DNA of 64,000 bases from Camelus dromedarius (lineage: Eukaryota): NCBI RefSeq assembly GCF_036321535.1, contig NC_087437.1:60080001-60144000 (forward strand). Direction: 5' to 3'. A program made the position numbers and the translations under genes. Each line of letters begins with the position of its first letter. The stretch's first letter is position 1. The notes under the pieces were generated by a model. The model was not told the origin of the DNA, ran no database searches, and was given only the letters and a program-made list of their open reading frames with translations. This document shows positions 12,386-25,376 of the stretch, in pieces.

Positions 12386-12979
12386 ATACTTACGAGATCT
12401 GTTATGTCCCACCTTCACAGGTTGTTCACTATATTCAAAGTATCCAGAAAGAATGGGAATTCCACAATCATAGGAGATGACGGTGGCGTTACAACTAGTT
12501 GAGCAGTATGCTGGAATGTACTGAGATTATCTACGCCTAATTATGTGGATTTATAGATTTTGTTCAGTTTTAACTGAAATAACCCTCAAAAAGTGGTACC
12601 TGACGAAACCACTCACTGAAGATAACAGTACCCATGCAAGTATTAGGACTCTTTGGGATATGGTATTATATAAACCTCACTTTAAGTGTAGATTGAGCCT
12701 TGATATATTATTTAATTATTACTTATTATGTATATAAATCATAAACATTTGAAACATTTCAATTTTTTCCTACTAAAAAAGATGCACGGTCAGAAAGTTA
12801 GAGACCAATGGAATAACACAACTCAACTTCTGACCTTAAAAAAATCCCTTAGCAACATCTATTTATATTAAAATATTGTTACATAATACTCTCACAACTG
12901 ATGGGGGGTTGGGGCAAAGTGGTGTGTACAGAAAAAGGAAACCACCACTGCCTTTTACACGATAAGGGTACCAATAAAA

Positions 12980-13614
12980 GGTATCGTTACTCATGGATTC
13001 TGTATTTGCAAATTTGCCTAGTTAATAAAATTTCTCTGTAACTCCAAAATCAATACTTGAGGAATCTTTCAGGTCTCTCTCAGACACGCACAGAACGGGA
13101 AAATTTTGGTTGCCTGGTGCCCATGTTCCCAGCTGAGGTTAAACAGGGCAATGCTTCTTTACCTTTTAGTTTCAGCTCCCTTAATGTAAATACGTGTCCT
13201 TTTTGCAGTCTATATAGTACTACGTTTTTGTTTTTGTTTTTTTTTGGTGAATTAGCTGTTCAAAATAGCTCCCAAGGATAGTGCTTAAGTGCTGTCCAGT
13301 GTTCCCAAGCCCAAGAAGGCTGTTATGTGCCTTATGGAGAAAATACGTGTTAAATTTCATTCAGGCATTAGTTACAGTGCTGTTGGCCATGTGTTCAATG
13401 TTAATGAATCAAAAATATATATTAAAATAGGTGTCTTTAAACAGAAACAAACTTAAAAATGTTATGTATTGATTGGTTGATGAAAATGTGTGATCAGAGG
13501 CTTGCAGGAACCTAAGTCTGTATTTCCCCTAGGAGCAATAGTTCAGTATTCACTAATTCTGTGTTTGTGGTGACTTTATAGAACATAACTACTGAAAATA
13601 GTGACAACTGACTT
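12980..13614 (+). mobile_element. MER82 (TcMar-Tigger), near full length
   Basis: Colinear with recalled MER82 consensus: GGATTCTGTATTTGCAAATTTGCCTA...GTTCCCAGCTGAGGT...GAAGGCTGTTATGTGCCTTATGGAGAAAATACGTGT...CTTTATAGAACATAACTAC. Confidence 0.8.
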
Positions 13615-14200
13615 AGATCCCTGGTCATTCTCACATTAATGAGATTCTATTGCCTTATACTCTGTTCCAACATTTGAAGTTAGACCATTACACTATATTT
13701 ATTAGCTTCTGAATTTTAAGTGCATTGTAATCAAAAAAGCCATTTATTTTCAATTCTTTTTACACCAAAGGGAAAATATTGGTTGTAATTAAACATTTCA
13801 AAAAGTTCGTTCCAAATGTATTCAACTATACTTTGTTTCTATTCAAAGCTCTCATGAAGTTGCTAATATTGTTTGCATGAGCTGTAACATAAATAATAAT
13901 GTATACCATATTACTAGTAGAATTAGTTTCTTTGCCTTACAGTCACATAACACTTACCATGAAAAATACCCACCCCCTTTTACTACTTAGAATCAAACAT
14001 CATCAACTTCAACAAATTAGGGCTTGGTAGCTCCCTTTGAAGTTAGGACTATAAACTTCTATTGCGGACAAGTCAATCAGGGTCAAATGCCTTGCAAAAG
14101 ACCCCTTTTAAGTGAATCGGCCCTGCTAACAGCTCTTACAGAAGGAGCAGTCATACGCGGGTGAGTCTGGTAAGTGGCTTTGGAGGCAGAAAGACCTGAA

Positions 14201-14316
14201 GGGGGAAGGGTATAGTTCAGTGGTAGAGAACTTACCTTAGCATGCACAAGGTCCTGGGTTTAATCCCCAGTACCTCCATTAAGGGGAGAAAAAAGAAGAA
14301 GAAAAGAAAAGAAAAG
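14201..14316 (+). mobile_element. tRNA-Ala-derived SINE (Vic-1-like, short form)
   Basis: tRNA-like head and (GAAAA)n tail; degenerate TSD AAGACCTGAAGGG / AAGATCTGGAGGG. Confidence 0.88.
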
Positions 14317-16129
14317 AAGATCTGGAGGGAAACCTCAGTCAATTATATAAAGAGGCCAATCCATAGAGTGGGGACACAGGAAATTACAGCAGACCAAAGT
14401 TGAGAATAAGTAGAAGATAAGGAAGCAGCAAAAGATTGAAAAAAATATAAGCTACTTGGTAGCCAGACAAAAAGGAGCTCACACTGAATAATAGCTAAGT
14501 AACTTAAATGCCAGTGAGAATCACATTCCTGCTGCTGAATACTCTGAAGCCCATAAGAGCCTTCTATAGTTGTCTTTTTTTTTTATAAAGAGTATCTTGG
14601 TCTTCCTGTTGTAATTATATTCTGGTGAGATTCTGTTTTCTTAATACCATGAGCAACACGCCCTCCCTGCCCCAATTCCCATTTGAAGCAGTTTATCCCA
14701 AATAGAGGTTGCATGTTGGAGACTGTAGGAGTTAAGCCTTCAAAACAGAGTGGGAGTAGGGGAGTTGCTAGACAAGCGAAGGCCTTTTCCAACCATGGTT
14801 CTAAGCTGTGATCCTACTTAACATTTTCTTCAAGGTTAACACAAATCCCCATACATTTACTATCACCAAGTTGTAGTTCCTTTTATGGCCCTAAAACAAT
14901 CCTTTAAACAGGTGTGCCCTAGTCCAAATAATCTGTTTTCATGAACACTCTCATTTTAGCTTTATGACTTCACAGATTTCAACGGTAACTTTTCTTAAGC
15001 CGTATTTCCAGAATGTAGAGTCCTAATATGTTTAGTATCTTAGAACAGCAAAGCCCACTAGCACTTCTAACCCAGTGTTTTATTTTACACTATATACGGT
15101 ATTGCAACTTTTTTTTTCATTGAAGATTGCACCTTGGGTATCTTTCTCTGTACATTCACATCTACCTCATTCTTTTTAAAATGCTGGTATGCTGTTCCAT
15201 TATTAATGTACCATAATAAATATTTCACCAGTCCTTCTTTAATGGACCGTGGGTTGCTCCCAATTATTTACTATTACACACAATGATATGGATCAACATC
15301 TTTTTACATATGTATCTGTGAGTGTGCAAGAGCAACTAAATTATCACTGGGTCATTTTAAGTTGCGACTTTGTGAACTGTTCTGAGCTCAGATATGTCTT
15401 TCACGAATAACAAAATTAAAAGCGCTCAAACTCTTGCAGATGCAAAAATAATTAGCAATAAGTAGCTTTCCATTAAATATAGATCAAAGACTGGGAAGAT
15501 TTCGGTTTCTTTTAGTGCAGAGATAATGACAAACCAGGACCCAAGAGAGTGAATGTGGCATGATGCTTTTGATAATGTTCACCTAAAAAGGAATGACTGG
15601 AAGAAGGGCAATTAGAAAAATGTAGAAATTATCTCTCCTTTTTCTGAGGCGTCTCTTATTAACTTGAGACTAATCTTAAAGGGTTCCCAAGCCAGGAAAA
15701 CACACTTTATTTTAAGAATTTCAGACACTCGGATATGAGGTTAAGAAATAATGCTTAACAGGTGAAGCTTTAAAACTTCGATTTGATTAATATTCCCGAT
15801 TTCCAAAAGCTCAAATACCATGATATATGTTTAAAAATGTTATATATGTGTATATACTTTAAAAAAGAGAGAGAGAAACATGACAAACGTCATAGCTCCT
15901 GCCTTAAGATCACCCCCGACCCTCAGCCCGGCGGGTGGAGGGAGACCCGAGCCGCGCCAGGGCCGCATTCCTAGCCGCCCCGCGGGCCGGAACGCGCTGG
16001 GGCTTGGGAGGCCGGAGTCGGGCTCGGGGCCGGTAACGGCGGCGAGGGGAGGGCGAGGCCGCCCCGGCCGGGAAGGAGAGGCTTCCCAGGCCGACCGGGG
16101 CGACGAGCGGCCGTTCCGCGCGGCTCTCA

Positions 16130-16560
<431 letters not shown>

Positions 16561-16578
16561 AGCCAAGCGGGCCCGCCC

Positions 16579-16588
16579 TCTCGCGATA
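16579..16588 (-). promoter_or_regulatory. TATCGCGAGA (TMTCGCGAGA; BANP/ZBTB33-associated promoter motif)
   Basis: Exact match to the TMTCGCGAGA consensus on the minus strand, next to the GC boxes in a CpG island. Confidence 0.7.
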
Positions 16589-16592
16589 TCTA

Positions 16593-16622
16593 GGGCGGGG
16601 CGGGGCGGGGCGGGGCGGGGCG
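16593..16622 (+). promoter_or_regulatory. (GGGGC)n array of about six tandem Sp/KLF GC boxes
   Basis: GGGCGGGGCGGGGCGGGGCGGGGCGGGGCG read directly. Confidence 0.85.
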
Positions 16623-17618
16623 AGAACAATGCCAACCTCCTCGCCCCGCCCCCACCCGGCCCTCTCGGTGGGCTCTGCTGCAGCAGCTTGGGCTCAGCTG
16701 TTTCAGAGAGCCTTCATAGAGGTTCCTGGCTTGCCTCTGTGCGGTGTGATACATTTCTCCAAGCACCCTCACTCTCACCACTTCATGAGCTTCATATTGT
16801 TATTTCTATATTTTATAAATCTGAAAATCGAGGCTCAAACGTGACATCATTCCCCAAAGGTATTAACTGACTTTCAGAGAAATGAAGTATGTCTCTTCTT
16901 TCCTTGCATTTAACCAACATGAAAAGGTTAGTTCTCCATTATAAAATCATGAAATATCGCATTGGAATGGTCCTCAGAGACCTATTATGAAATCATAGAA
17001 TATTGACTTTTATGAAATCATAGACTATCAGTACTGAAATAGTTTTATTTTTACCGCTGGAGAAGCTGAAGGAGAGAAAGAGGAAGTGACACGACCCCCA
17101 CTGTCACACAGCCCGTCCATAGCGTGTGGCCGTAGAGCTTCAGACTTCTGCTTCTAGTCTGGTGTTTCCCCATTTGTTACTACATTCTACCTATGTTGGT
17201 AATCCATGGAAGATGTTCCCGGCAGAAGTTCCTAGATTTGTGGTTTATAATCTGTCTCCCCTCAAATCTAGGGAACTCACTTAGGGTAACCAGCTGTCCA
17301 ACACTGGGTTAAATAGGCCAGAAGCTTTGGGGACTGTCTAGGTCTTTGTAAGATGAGTCCCAGAGGAGAAAAACAAAAACCAAACCCCTCCTGTGAATGT
17401 TGTGAGAAGTGGATTCTATGAGCACAGGAAAGGGCAGGACTTGGATGCTCTGGGAACAGTCTCAGAACTAGGCTGTATCTAAAGTCAAGCTAGGGAGTGG
17501 ATTGCTAGCAGAGGGAGTGGTGCCTTCCCAGCCACCCAGCCTCTCTCCATGCAGAACCATCACTGGAGTTGTACAGATGGGAAAAGTGGAGGTCTCAGAG
17601 ATCAAGCAAGTTGCCTCC

Positions 17619-18017
17619 TGTTGTGAGTTGAATTATGTCCTCCTAAAAATGAGATTGCCATCCTAACCCCTAGTACCTCAGAATATAACCTTATTTGGAA
17701 ATAGAGTCGTTGTAGATCTAATTAGTTAAATTAATATGAGGTCATACAGGAGTAGGCCCCTAATCCAATGAGTGGTGACCCTATAAGAAGGCTGTGTGAA
17801 GACAGAGGATTGGAGTGATGCATCTAAAGCCCAGGACTGCCTAAGGCTACCCAAAGCTGGGAGAGGCATGGAAAAGATTCTTCTTCAGGGCTCTCAGAAG
17901 GAACCAACCCTGCTGACACCTTGATTGTGGACTTCAGGTCTCTAGAACTGTGAGACATTAAACTTCTGTTCTTTAAAGCCATCCCATTTATCATGCTTTG
18001 TTATGGCAGCTATATAC
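17619..18017 (+). mobile_element. MaLR solo LTR (MLT1B/C-like)
   Basis: TGTTGTGAGTTGAATTATGTCC...CCTTATTTGGAAATAG...CTGCTGACACCTTGATT...CTAGAACTGTGAGAC...TTTGTTATGGCAGC. Confidence 0.85.
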
Positions 18018-21000
18018 ACCTCTCCTGTCCCACTTCCACCCTTAGTCCTCAACTCCCTCATCACCGGGCTCTTTCCCACCACCCTTTCCTGGATCAGACC
18101 TCCTCATCCTCATGACAGGCCAGGCAGGGCAGACTTGTCCCTTCAGAATTGCCGCCACCTGCGGGCCAGCCCCCTGTGGATTCACAGACTACTGGGTCTG
18201 GAGGGGATCTTGTCAATCCCACCAGAAAGCTATCCAGCCAACAACTCCAGTGGCCAGGAGCTCACCAGCCCCCCAACACAGCTCATTTTATCTTTGAATA
18301 GTTCTAACTCAGAAAGTTCTTCCCCAGACTGAGCTGGTTTCCAGCAACGTCTGGCCACTGGTGTAGAGGGTGGGAGGAGAGAAAGTGGATGTACTTTATC
18401 TTACCCTAATGGCAGTGATCTCCCTCAAGTCTCCTATTTCTGGGCCCCAAATCTCCTCCCCCTTAACACAGCCTCCGTGCCTTGAGAAGTAACACTCAGT
18501 TCATTGCTTTAGAACTCTGCCCCTCAGGAATGGCTGCAGGACTCCTGAAAACTATTCTGTTTTTATTGCCTGGCCCCGAGCCTATAGCTGAGTTCCTGGC
18601 ATGGACCTGGGCCTCAGTAAAGGAATGATAGCTGACTGGAGACAATGGAGAGGGCAGTGAGCAGGAAGGGCAGGAGGCAACAACGTTGCTGATCAGAGCT
18701 GCACGTGTTCTGCAGAGACCTCCCCAGACAGAGACCTCACAGCCACCCTTGGCACCTCTCTCTCCCGGCCCTACCTCTCTGCCTAGCTACAAATCTTCCA
18801 CTGCCCATTATGTCTGACATAACACCCTGACAGCCCCACCAGGCCTCTGGGTTCTCACTGAGGGGAAAACTGGATGGCCACCTCCCTTCCTGAGTTCTTT
18901 CCATCCGAGTGTCCAATACCTGCATCGCCACTTCTACCCTGTCAGCAGGAACCCAGGTCAGTGGTGGTAATCCTGTTTTCAAGGGAATACATAAAACTTC
19001 CCTTGATGTTCTAAATTATTGGGCAGATTTGCTTCCTTCCTGCTTGGGCCTGGCAGTCATCTCCTGGACCTGACTGTGACTGGGCCCTAAATTAAACACT
19101 GCCTTGCTTTAAGACACTCTGATGAAAAGGGCTACCGCAGTATGACATAATGTGTTTTATTACAGTTAATAAAATAAAAAGCACTGAAACAGGAAGTGAT
19201 AAAGTATTCTCTGAAGAATCTTGAAAAAATGTTTCCATCATCAAAAGTCAAGCTTTTGCCTCTTGTAATATTTCTTCCACTCCCAAACCCACTAAAAGTG
19301 AATAGATGTGAAGAGGACTTTCTCAGTGTGTAAAAAAGTAAAGAAATATTAGTTTTCCTGCAAAATTATGAGTGCCAGTACAGTTTTTCCTTATATTTTA
19401 GAATAATTGAACCACTTTTCTCCTTAGTGTGGCCCAAAGAAGATTTCCAAATGCTTCTAAAGAGAGCTCCCCTTCCATGCCTGTGCAGAGATCCTCTCTT
19501 ATAGGAAGTCATGTGAACCAAACAGACCAAGCACTGAATTGGGCTGTATTTGTGCTAAATTTCCTGTGTGTCGAGGGTTTTGCTGCCAATAGAGGGACTG
19601 TGGATGGAAACTTCCATTCTGCTGTCAGTTTCTGGAGGTAGCTGTTGAGCTCAAGACTCATTTATTTAAAAATGTAAACATGTGTAAGAATTATCTGACA
19701 ATTATTTCTTCTCTCTTTTGAAGACTGGTTGCCTGATTCAATGCTATGAGTAGGGAGAAAGAGGAGACACACTGAATGTACTGCCTTACGTCCAGTTGGC
19801 TCTCTGCTCATTGGAATAGGCTACCGAGGCCAACACCACTTGGTTTCTCACCAAGAACAGAATTCCAAAGTGAGAAATGGCCTCCGCAGCTGACCTGTCT
19901 AAATCACTGAGCAGTGCTCACTGAGCTGAGAAGTGATAGTGCCCACCCCCAACCTCTGGAAAAATACGCAAAGGTTGGACTTTAGGGACCACTGAGTCAA
20001 CAACAGCTCTTTGCTTGCCAAGAATAGCCATTGTTCTTTTCCTTTTCAGGTAATCCCTCCATGGGACAAGAAAAATCACAGATTTTTTAGTACATGGTAT
20101 AAATTAATGGTAGCAGGAGCAAGATTATTTTTTAAAAAATACAGAAGTATTAAAAAGAGAGAGAAAGCTAAGAACAAAAATTAATCATTTTCTGCTTAAA
20201 AAAAAAATGGCTTTGATTTGCAACTCATCACCGTTTCTCTTCTCTTCAAAGATATCTACCAAAAGAATTCCTCACGCTCACCACAGAACGTTGCCAAAGT
20301 ACTTTTCTGAGAAAACCCACAGAGTATAGAGACACCTGTCAGGTATACAAAGTCTTCATTTAAAGTTCCTAGACATTTCCTGACCCTTTAAGTAGTTAAA
20401 TTGAGGAAATCTAGAGAAGTACTTCTTCTTTTTTTTTTTTTCAAAATCTTTCAGGTAAAAAATGGAAAGAAAAAAGAAAGCAGGGTAAGTAGTGTGAAGA
20501 GCTTTGGAATGGTAATAGGTAATGTGAATTATTTTCTTGGCTAAGCTACAAATTTATCTAGTGCCTGCCAGAAATCTCTTGCTTTTTTGTGACTGTAAAC
20601 TTTGCATAAGTGTCAACTGGCCTGGCTTGTGAATTATTACTAGTCAGCAAGCAATGCCATATATGATAGTTTCATTGTGCTAATATTGCCAGATTCTATT
20701 GCATTTTGTTATTCTGTGAACTCATAACAGAATAAAGAGTATAGACTTTGTTCAGAATACACGTGTTGTTAGTATAAATACTTCATGAAAAACCCTAAAT
20801 ATATTTTGAAGTCTATAGTCATTATTAACAACAGGAAGACTTCTTACTTTAATAACTGTATTTATGCTTGCATGCATGTATCCTACTTTGAAATTTCTCA
20901 ATTATATAATATTATTTTTATTTGACTGTTGTAACAGTCTCTAGATTGGTCTAGGGACCAATCTCCATTTTCCTTACTGTCCATTTGTCTTCATGCTACT

Positions 21001-21301
21001 CTCATACTAAAAAACTAAATTGAGTTATGTAATGAAATAGTTTCTAAAATCAACTCCGCTTTGCCAGATGCAGTGTTAGGCACAGGGCGAACAATTCATT
21101 AGACCCTTCCTCCCTTTCGTCTTTTACTCAAGGAGCTCAGTCTTCAGTGGCTGCTCATTGCATAGGATAAAGTCCAAACTCCTCAGGCCTTCACAATCTG
21201 GCCCCATCTCTTTTTCTAGGCTCCCTGTCTTTTCACATCCACTTTCTTTCTCCCTTAAGGTTCTTAAGACCAGTCCCACTACCATTCTCAAGGTGCCAGA
21301 G

Positions 21302-21904
21302 TAAAACCGCAGGCAGTGAGTCAAATCCATTTCACCTGCCTTCACTAATCAAGGTCATTTTAAGACTCACACGTCCTCTAAGCAGCACGTAGCCTAAACA
21401 ATAAAATGTTTGCCTGAGTTGTTTTCTAGGAACTTGAAGTCTGCTGTGTCTAGTTTGAGCTGAGCTGGTTGAGACTGGATAAGACCAATGACCCTCCAAC
21501 TGGGCATCTGAGAGTGTCTGCTCAGTGACTTTCTTTTCTTTTTTTAAATTGAAGTATGCTCAGTGGCTTTTTGACATCAGATGGCCCAAAACTCCACCCT
21601 CAGATTGTGCTAAGTGCCTCCGTTTTTGAATGTGCAGATGCCTGTAGCTTAGTTACAGCTGTGCAGAACGGTGATTACCTCACCTTTTCCCAGTCACCTT
21701 TCCCCATACCCCCCACGCTTTGGACGGCCCTGCTGCTTTATCCCATAAATACCCTATGCCCTGAGGTTTCAGAAGGTGGATTTGAGACTTATTCTCCTGT
21801 CCTCTCTTGGCTGCCTGGCAAATAAACCCTCTGTGCTGCAAAACTTGGTGTCTCAGTGTTTTGGCTTGCTGCACTTGAGGAAAAACAAACCTGGTTGGGT
21901 AACA
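21302..21904 (+). mobile_element. ERV1-class solo LTR, apparently inserted in an L2 relic
   Basis: 4-bp TSD AGAG (21298-21301 / 21905-21908), TAAAACCGC...GGTAACA ends, internal CATAAATA and AATAAA. L2-like sequence on both flanks. Confidence 0.7.
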
Positions 21905-24900
21905 AGAGCACCCCATGTTCCTTCACTTTTTCATGCTTTGCTAATTTGTGTGAAATGCCGTCCCCCATTCTCGCCCTGGAATTACCCTACTTCAAAGGTC
22001 ACCTTCTTCGTACTCTGCTCAGGCAGAGTTAGTCTTTGCTTCCACCAGGGTCCTGGGGAACTGTTTGCATTCCTCTATCTCCTGGTATCATAATTCTCCC
22101 AGTGCCTGTCTCTCCCACGGTGGCCTCTTTGGGAGCAGGTGCATTTCTCCTCTCATTGCCCCAACCACATAACTTAATGAATGCGGTGTCTGTCCCTGAG
22201 AAGCCCTTGATAAATGTTGGTCGAATCAGTGAATAAGTAACAAATGGTTCTGAAATCCCCATACCTCCAATGATAGTTCCCTTAAAGACATCAATTTCTT
22301 GGAAAACTATCTGATTATATATCTTGTTCTACATGGCAGAGTCAGGTATTAACTAGCTATAATGCTGGAAAGGAAATAGTAGAAATAAGAAAGCCTGCTG
22401 AATAAAGCCGAGAAGGTATTCATGGGGGAAGCTGTCAACAATGGTCAGTGAGAAATCTTCACTGAGGGCTTGTTATGGGCCAGGCCCTTTTCTAGTTACC
22501 ACCGATTGCTTGGTTTTCATAAATTGAACTACAGCAGCCATTTTCTTTCATTTTAGGTTCAAATCCCTTTCAGAAATAAAATTCTTTGTTCTCTCTCACA
22601 CACACACCACATCCAGTTTTAATTAGGTGTCTCTGAGTGTTGGGGCTGTTCTGAGAGCAAAGTCGCTGTTTTCACAAAGGTGTGGCTTCCTGTCTGTCAT
22701 CAGGTGTTCTTGCGAAATGGGCCTGTGCTCTGGATGTAGGATCCCTGACCTTCTGCATTCTCCTGGGGCTAAGGCAGTGGGGGGAATCTCATTAGGAACC
22801 ACAAAGCTCTCACAAGAGCAACTGGTGTCTAGACAGGCAGTCAGGGGAGAGCAGAGTAGGGGAGACTGCAAGAAAAGCTCATGCTTGGGAAACCAGCAGC
22901 GGGGGTGGGTGGTTTCAGTGCAAACGTTCTCATTTGTGAAACATAAAACAGGAAATGCTGAGGCTTTCCAATGATCTTTAAAAAAAAAAAACAAAACTCC
23001 TGTCAAGCACATTCTAGGTCATAAAGGAATTTTTTCCTCACATTTTCTCATATATGGGGTTTTCTAGCCAGCATCTTGAACTGAATTGAACTAAAAATGA
23101 AGCCAAAGTGAACACTAGCTTTGTCTCCAGAATTTTTTTTAAACTGTGACATCTATACTGTTATGTTGTAGGTAACTAACTAGAATGTCCTTTCTAATTG
23201 CCTGTCGTTAATGGTTTACCTCTTGGAAACAGCTGTGCCCAAGATCGGCCCTTAGACATTAACTTTATCTTAATTTTATGAAGGTCCACTCTACCCCTAA
23301 TACTCCAGCACTCTTCCACTGCTCAGATGTGCTTGTCAGAGACAAGTACATTTGCCACATTTCAGAGGAGAGTCCAGAAGTACATTTGATTCTGTGCTAA
23401 GATGGCTGCGGTGCAGGGATTGTGGAACTTTATGGGTGACTATAGCTGAAACTTACTTTGATCTTGATAGCTTATATGGCTTATATTCCTCCATATAGGA
23501 ATCAATGAATTAAGGCTGCAGGATGAAGTCCCTCCAACTTCTTCAGGGTCAGAGAGAATGCAGAAACATGTCAACTGCTTTTGTTTCAAGTTTCTTCTTC
23601 CTCAGTCGAGGAACATAGAAATAAAGAAAATTTATACAGAGTGGGCAGGAGTAAAGTCTTCTGCTTAATCAAGCTAGCATACTTAGTAAATGTAAGATTA
23701 TACTTTTTTAAGGATTGGAATATAATAAAATTAAGTCAATGCTAAAATAACTCTAAGCAGAATTTAGCACAAATGTCTTTTGCTCCCCTCTTGCCCCATA
23801 AGCATTAAATTCCATTTTCAATCTTTTCAGGCTCTGGGACCTGACGAAGCCCTTTCTTCCTCGGACCACTGCTTCTAGGAGCCAACTAGGCTAGCCGTGC
23901 TTCTCTCCCAGCTCAGGCAGCTTCCAGAGTTCAGATAGCACAAAGGACATGCTCTTTCACACCCAAGGCCAGCTCTGCCCACTAGGTCTCCCAACCCTGT
24001 CACCCTCAGCATCCCTGGCCATGCAGCCTCTTTCCCCACTGTCATCTTCAGGCATCTCAGTGCTCATTCTCCTCCTCGGCGCTTTCTACTGGGCACTCCA
24101 GCCTCCATTCCTCACAAACTGCTCAGAATATTCGATAACCAAAACGGTGTGGGCTGGCCCCAGCAAGGCAGAAAGAAGAATGGCCATCATGCAGATGTGG
24201 ACCCATGTCATTCTTGGAGGTCCCTGCTGTACCAAGTGTTCTTTCTTTAGTTTCTGGGCTCACTGGGGGGGACCTAAGGATGGCCAAGCACTGGGGAATT
24301 CTCTGGAGGCTCAGAAGAGTGGCTGCTTATTAAGAGGTACCATGGTGATGGCGTACACCTGGGTACCAGCCTGTCTGAGGCCGAGACTCCAAAAGCCTTC
24401 CCAGAACGTTGCCTACATTCCTCACCCTAACAGAATTCTGGTTTTTCTCTCCCCTGCAGCTCTTACAAATCACGGCTGGCAGTTCACGCAGGTGCCGTGG
24501 AGCTCGGGACAGGGAGGGGCGGGCTTTCTCCTTGACTCTCATGGCTGCTTCCTTCCTCATCACCGCCCCCACGCTGATCCACCCCCAAGGTAAAAACTCC
24601 TTCCGGAAGCTCAGATCCGCTACTCTGTATCCCTGTCTGCCTCTTTCCGTTGCTGCCATCTTCTAAGCTCCTGCCAATCTCCACATTGCACCAAGAATTT
24701 TGGCTCATTTTTCTCTCATATAAGAAACATATATTATTAAGCATCCATTCACTGTGCCAGTGTGCTGTATATACAAAAATGTGTAAGACGTGACTCTTGT
24801 CCTTAAAGATAAACTGATAGTTTAAACAATAAATACAAAACAAAAACTCACCAGACTAGATGGTAAATGCCTGAATACTTACAGCATTCTTAAGTATGGA

Positions 24901-24924
24901 ACATGGGCGCATGGAGATGGTTGG

Positions 24925-25376
24925 TGTATTAGTTTTCTGTGGCCGCTCTAACAAAATACTACCAAGCAGATTAGAACAGCAGAAATTTATTCTCTCACAG
25001 TTCTAGAGGTTAGTAGCCCAAAATCAAGCTGTCAGCAGGGCCATGCTCCCTCTGTGACTCTGGGTGGACTCCATCCCTGGCTCGTTTTAGCTTCTGGTGG
25101 TGGCTGGCAATCCCTGACCTTCCTTGATGGCTGCTGCATCATTCTAATCTCTGCCTCTTTTGTCACATGTGGTTCTCCCCATGAATTTCTGTCTTCATGT
25201 GGCATTTTTCTTCTTATAAGGACAGCAGTCATATTGGATTAGGGTCCACCCTGGTAACCTCATCTTAATTTGATTAAATATGCAAAGACCCTATTTTCAA
25301 ATACACTTACATTCACAGGTACTGAGAGTTAGGATGTCAACATATCTTTTGGGGGAACACAATTCAACCCACAACA
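24925..25376 (-). mobile_element. MaLR solo LTR (MLT1C-like), complete
   Basis: TG...CA ends; perfect 5-bp TSD GTTGG at 24920-24924 and 25377-25381; characteristic AAATTTATTCTCTCACAGTTCTAGAGG. Confidence 0.9.
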
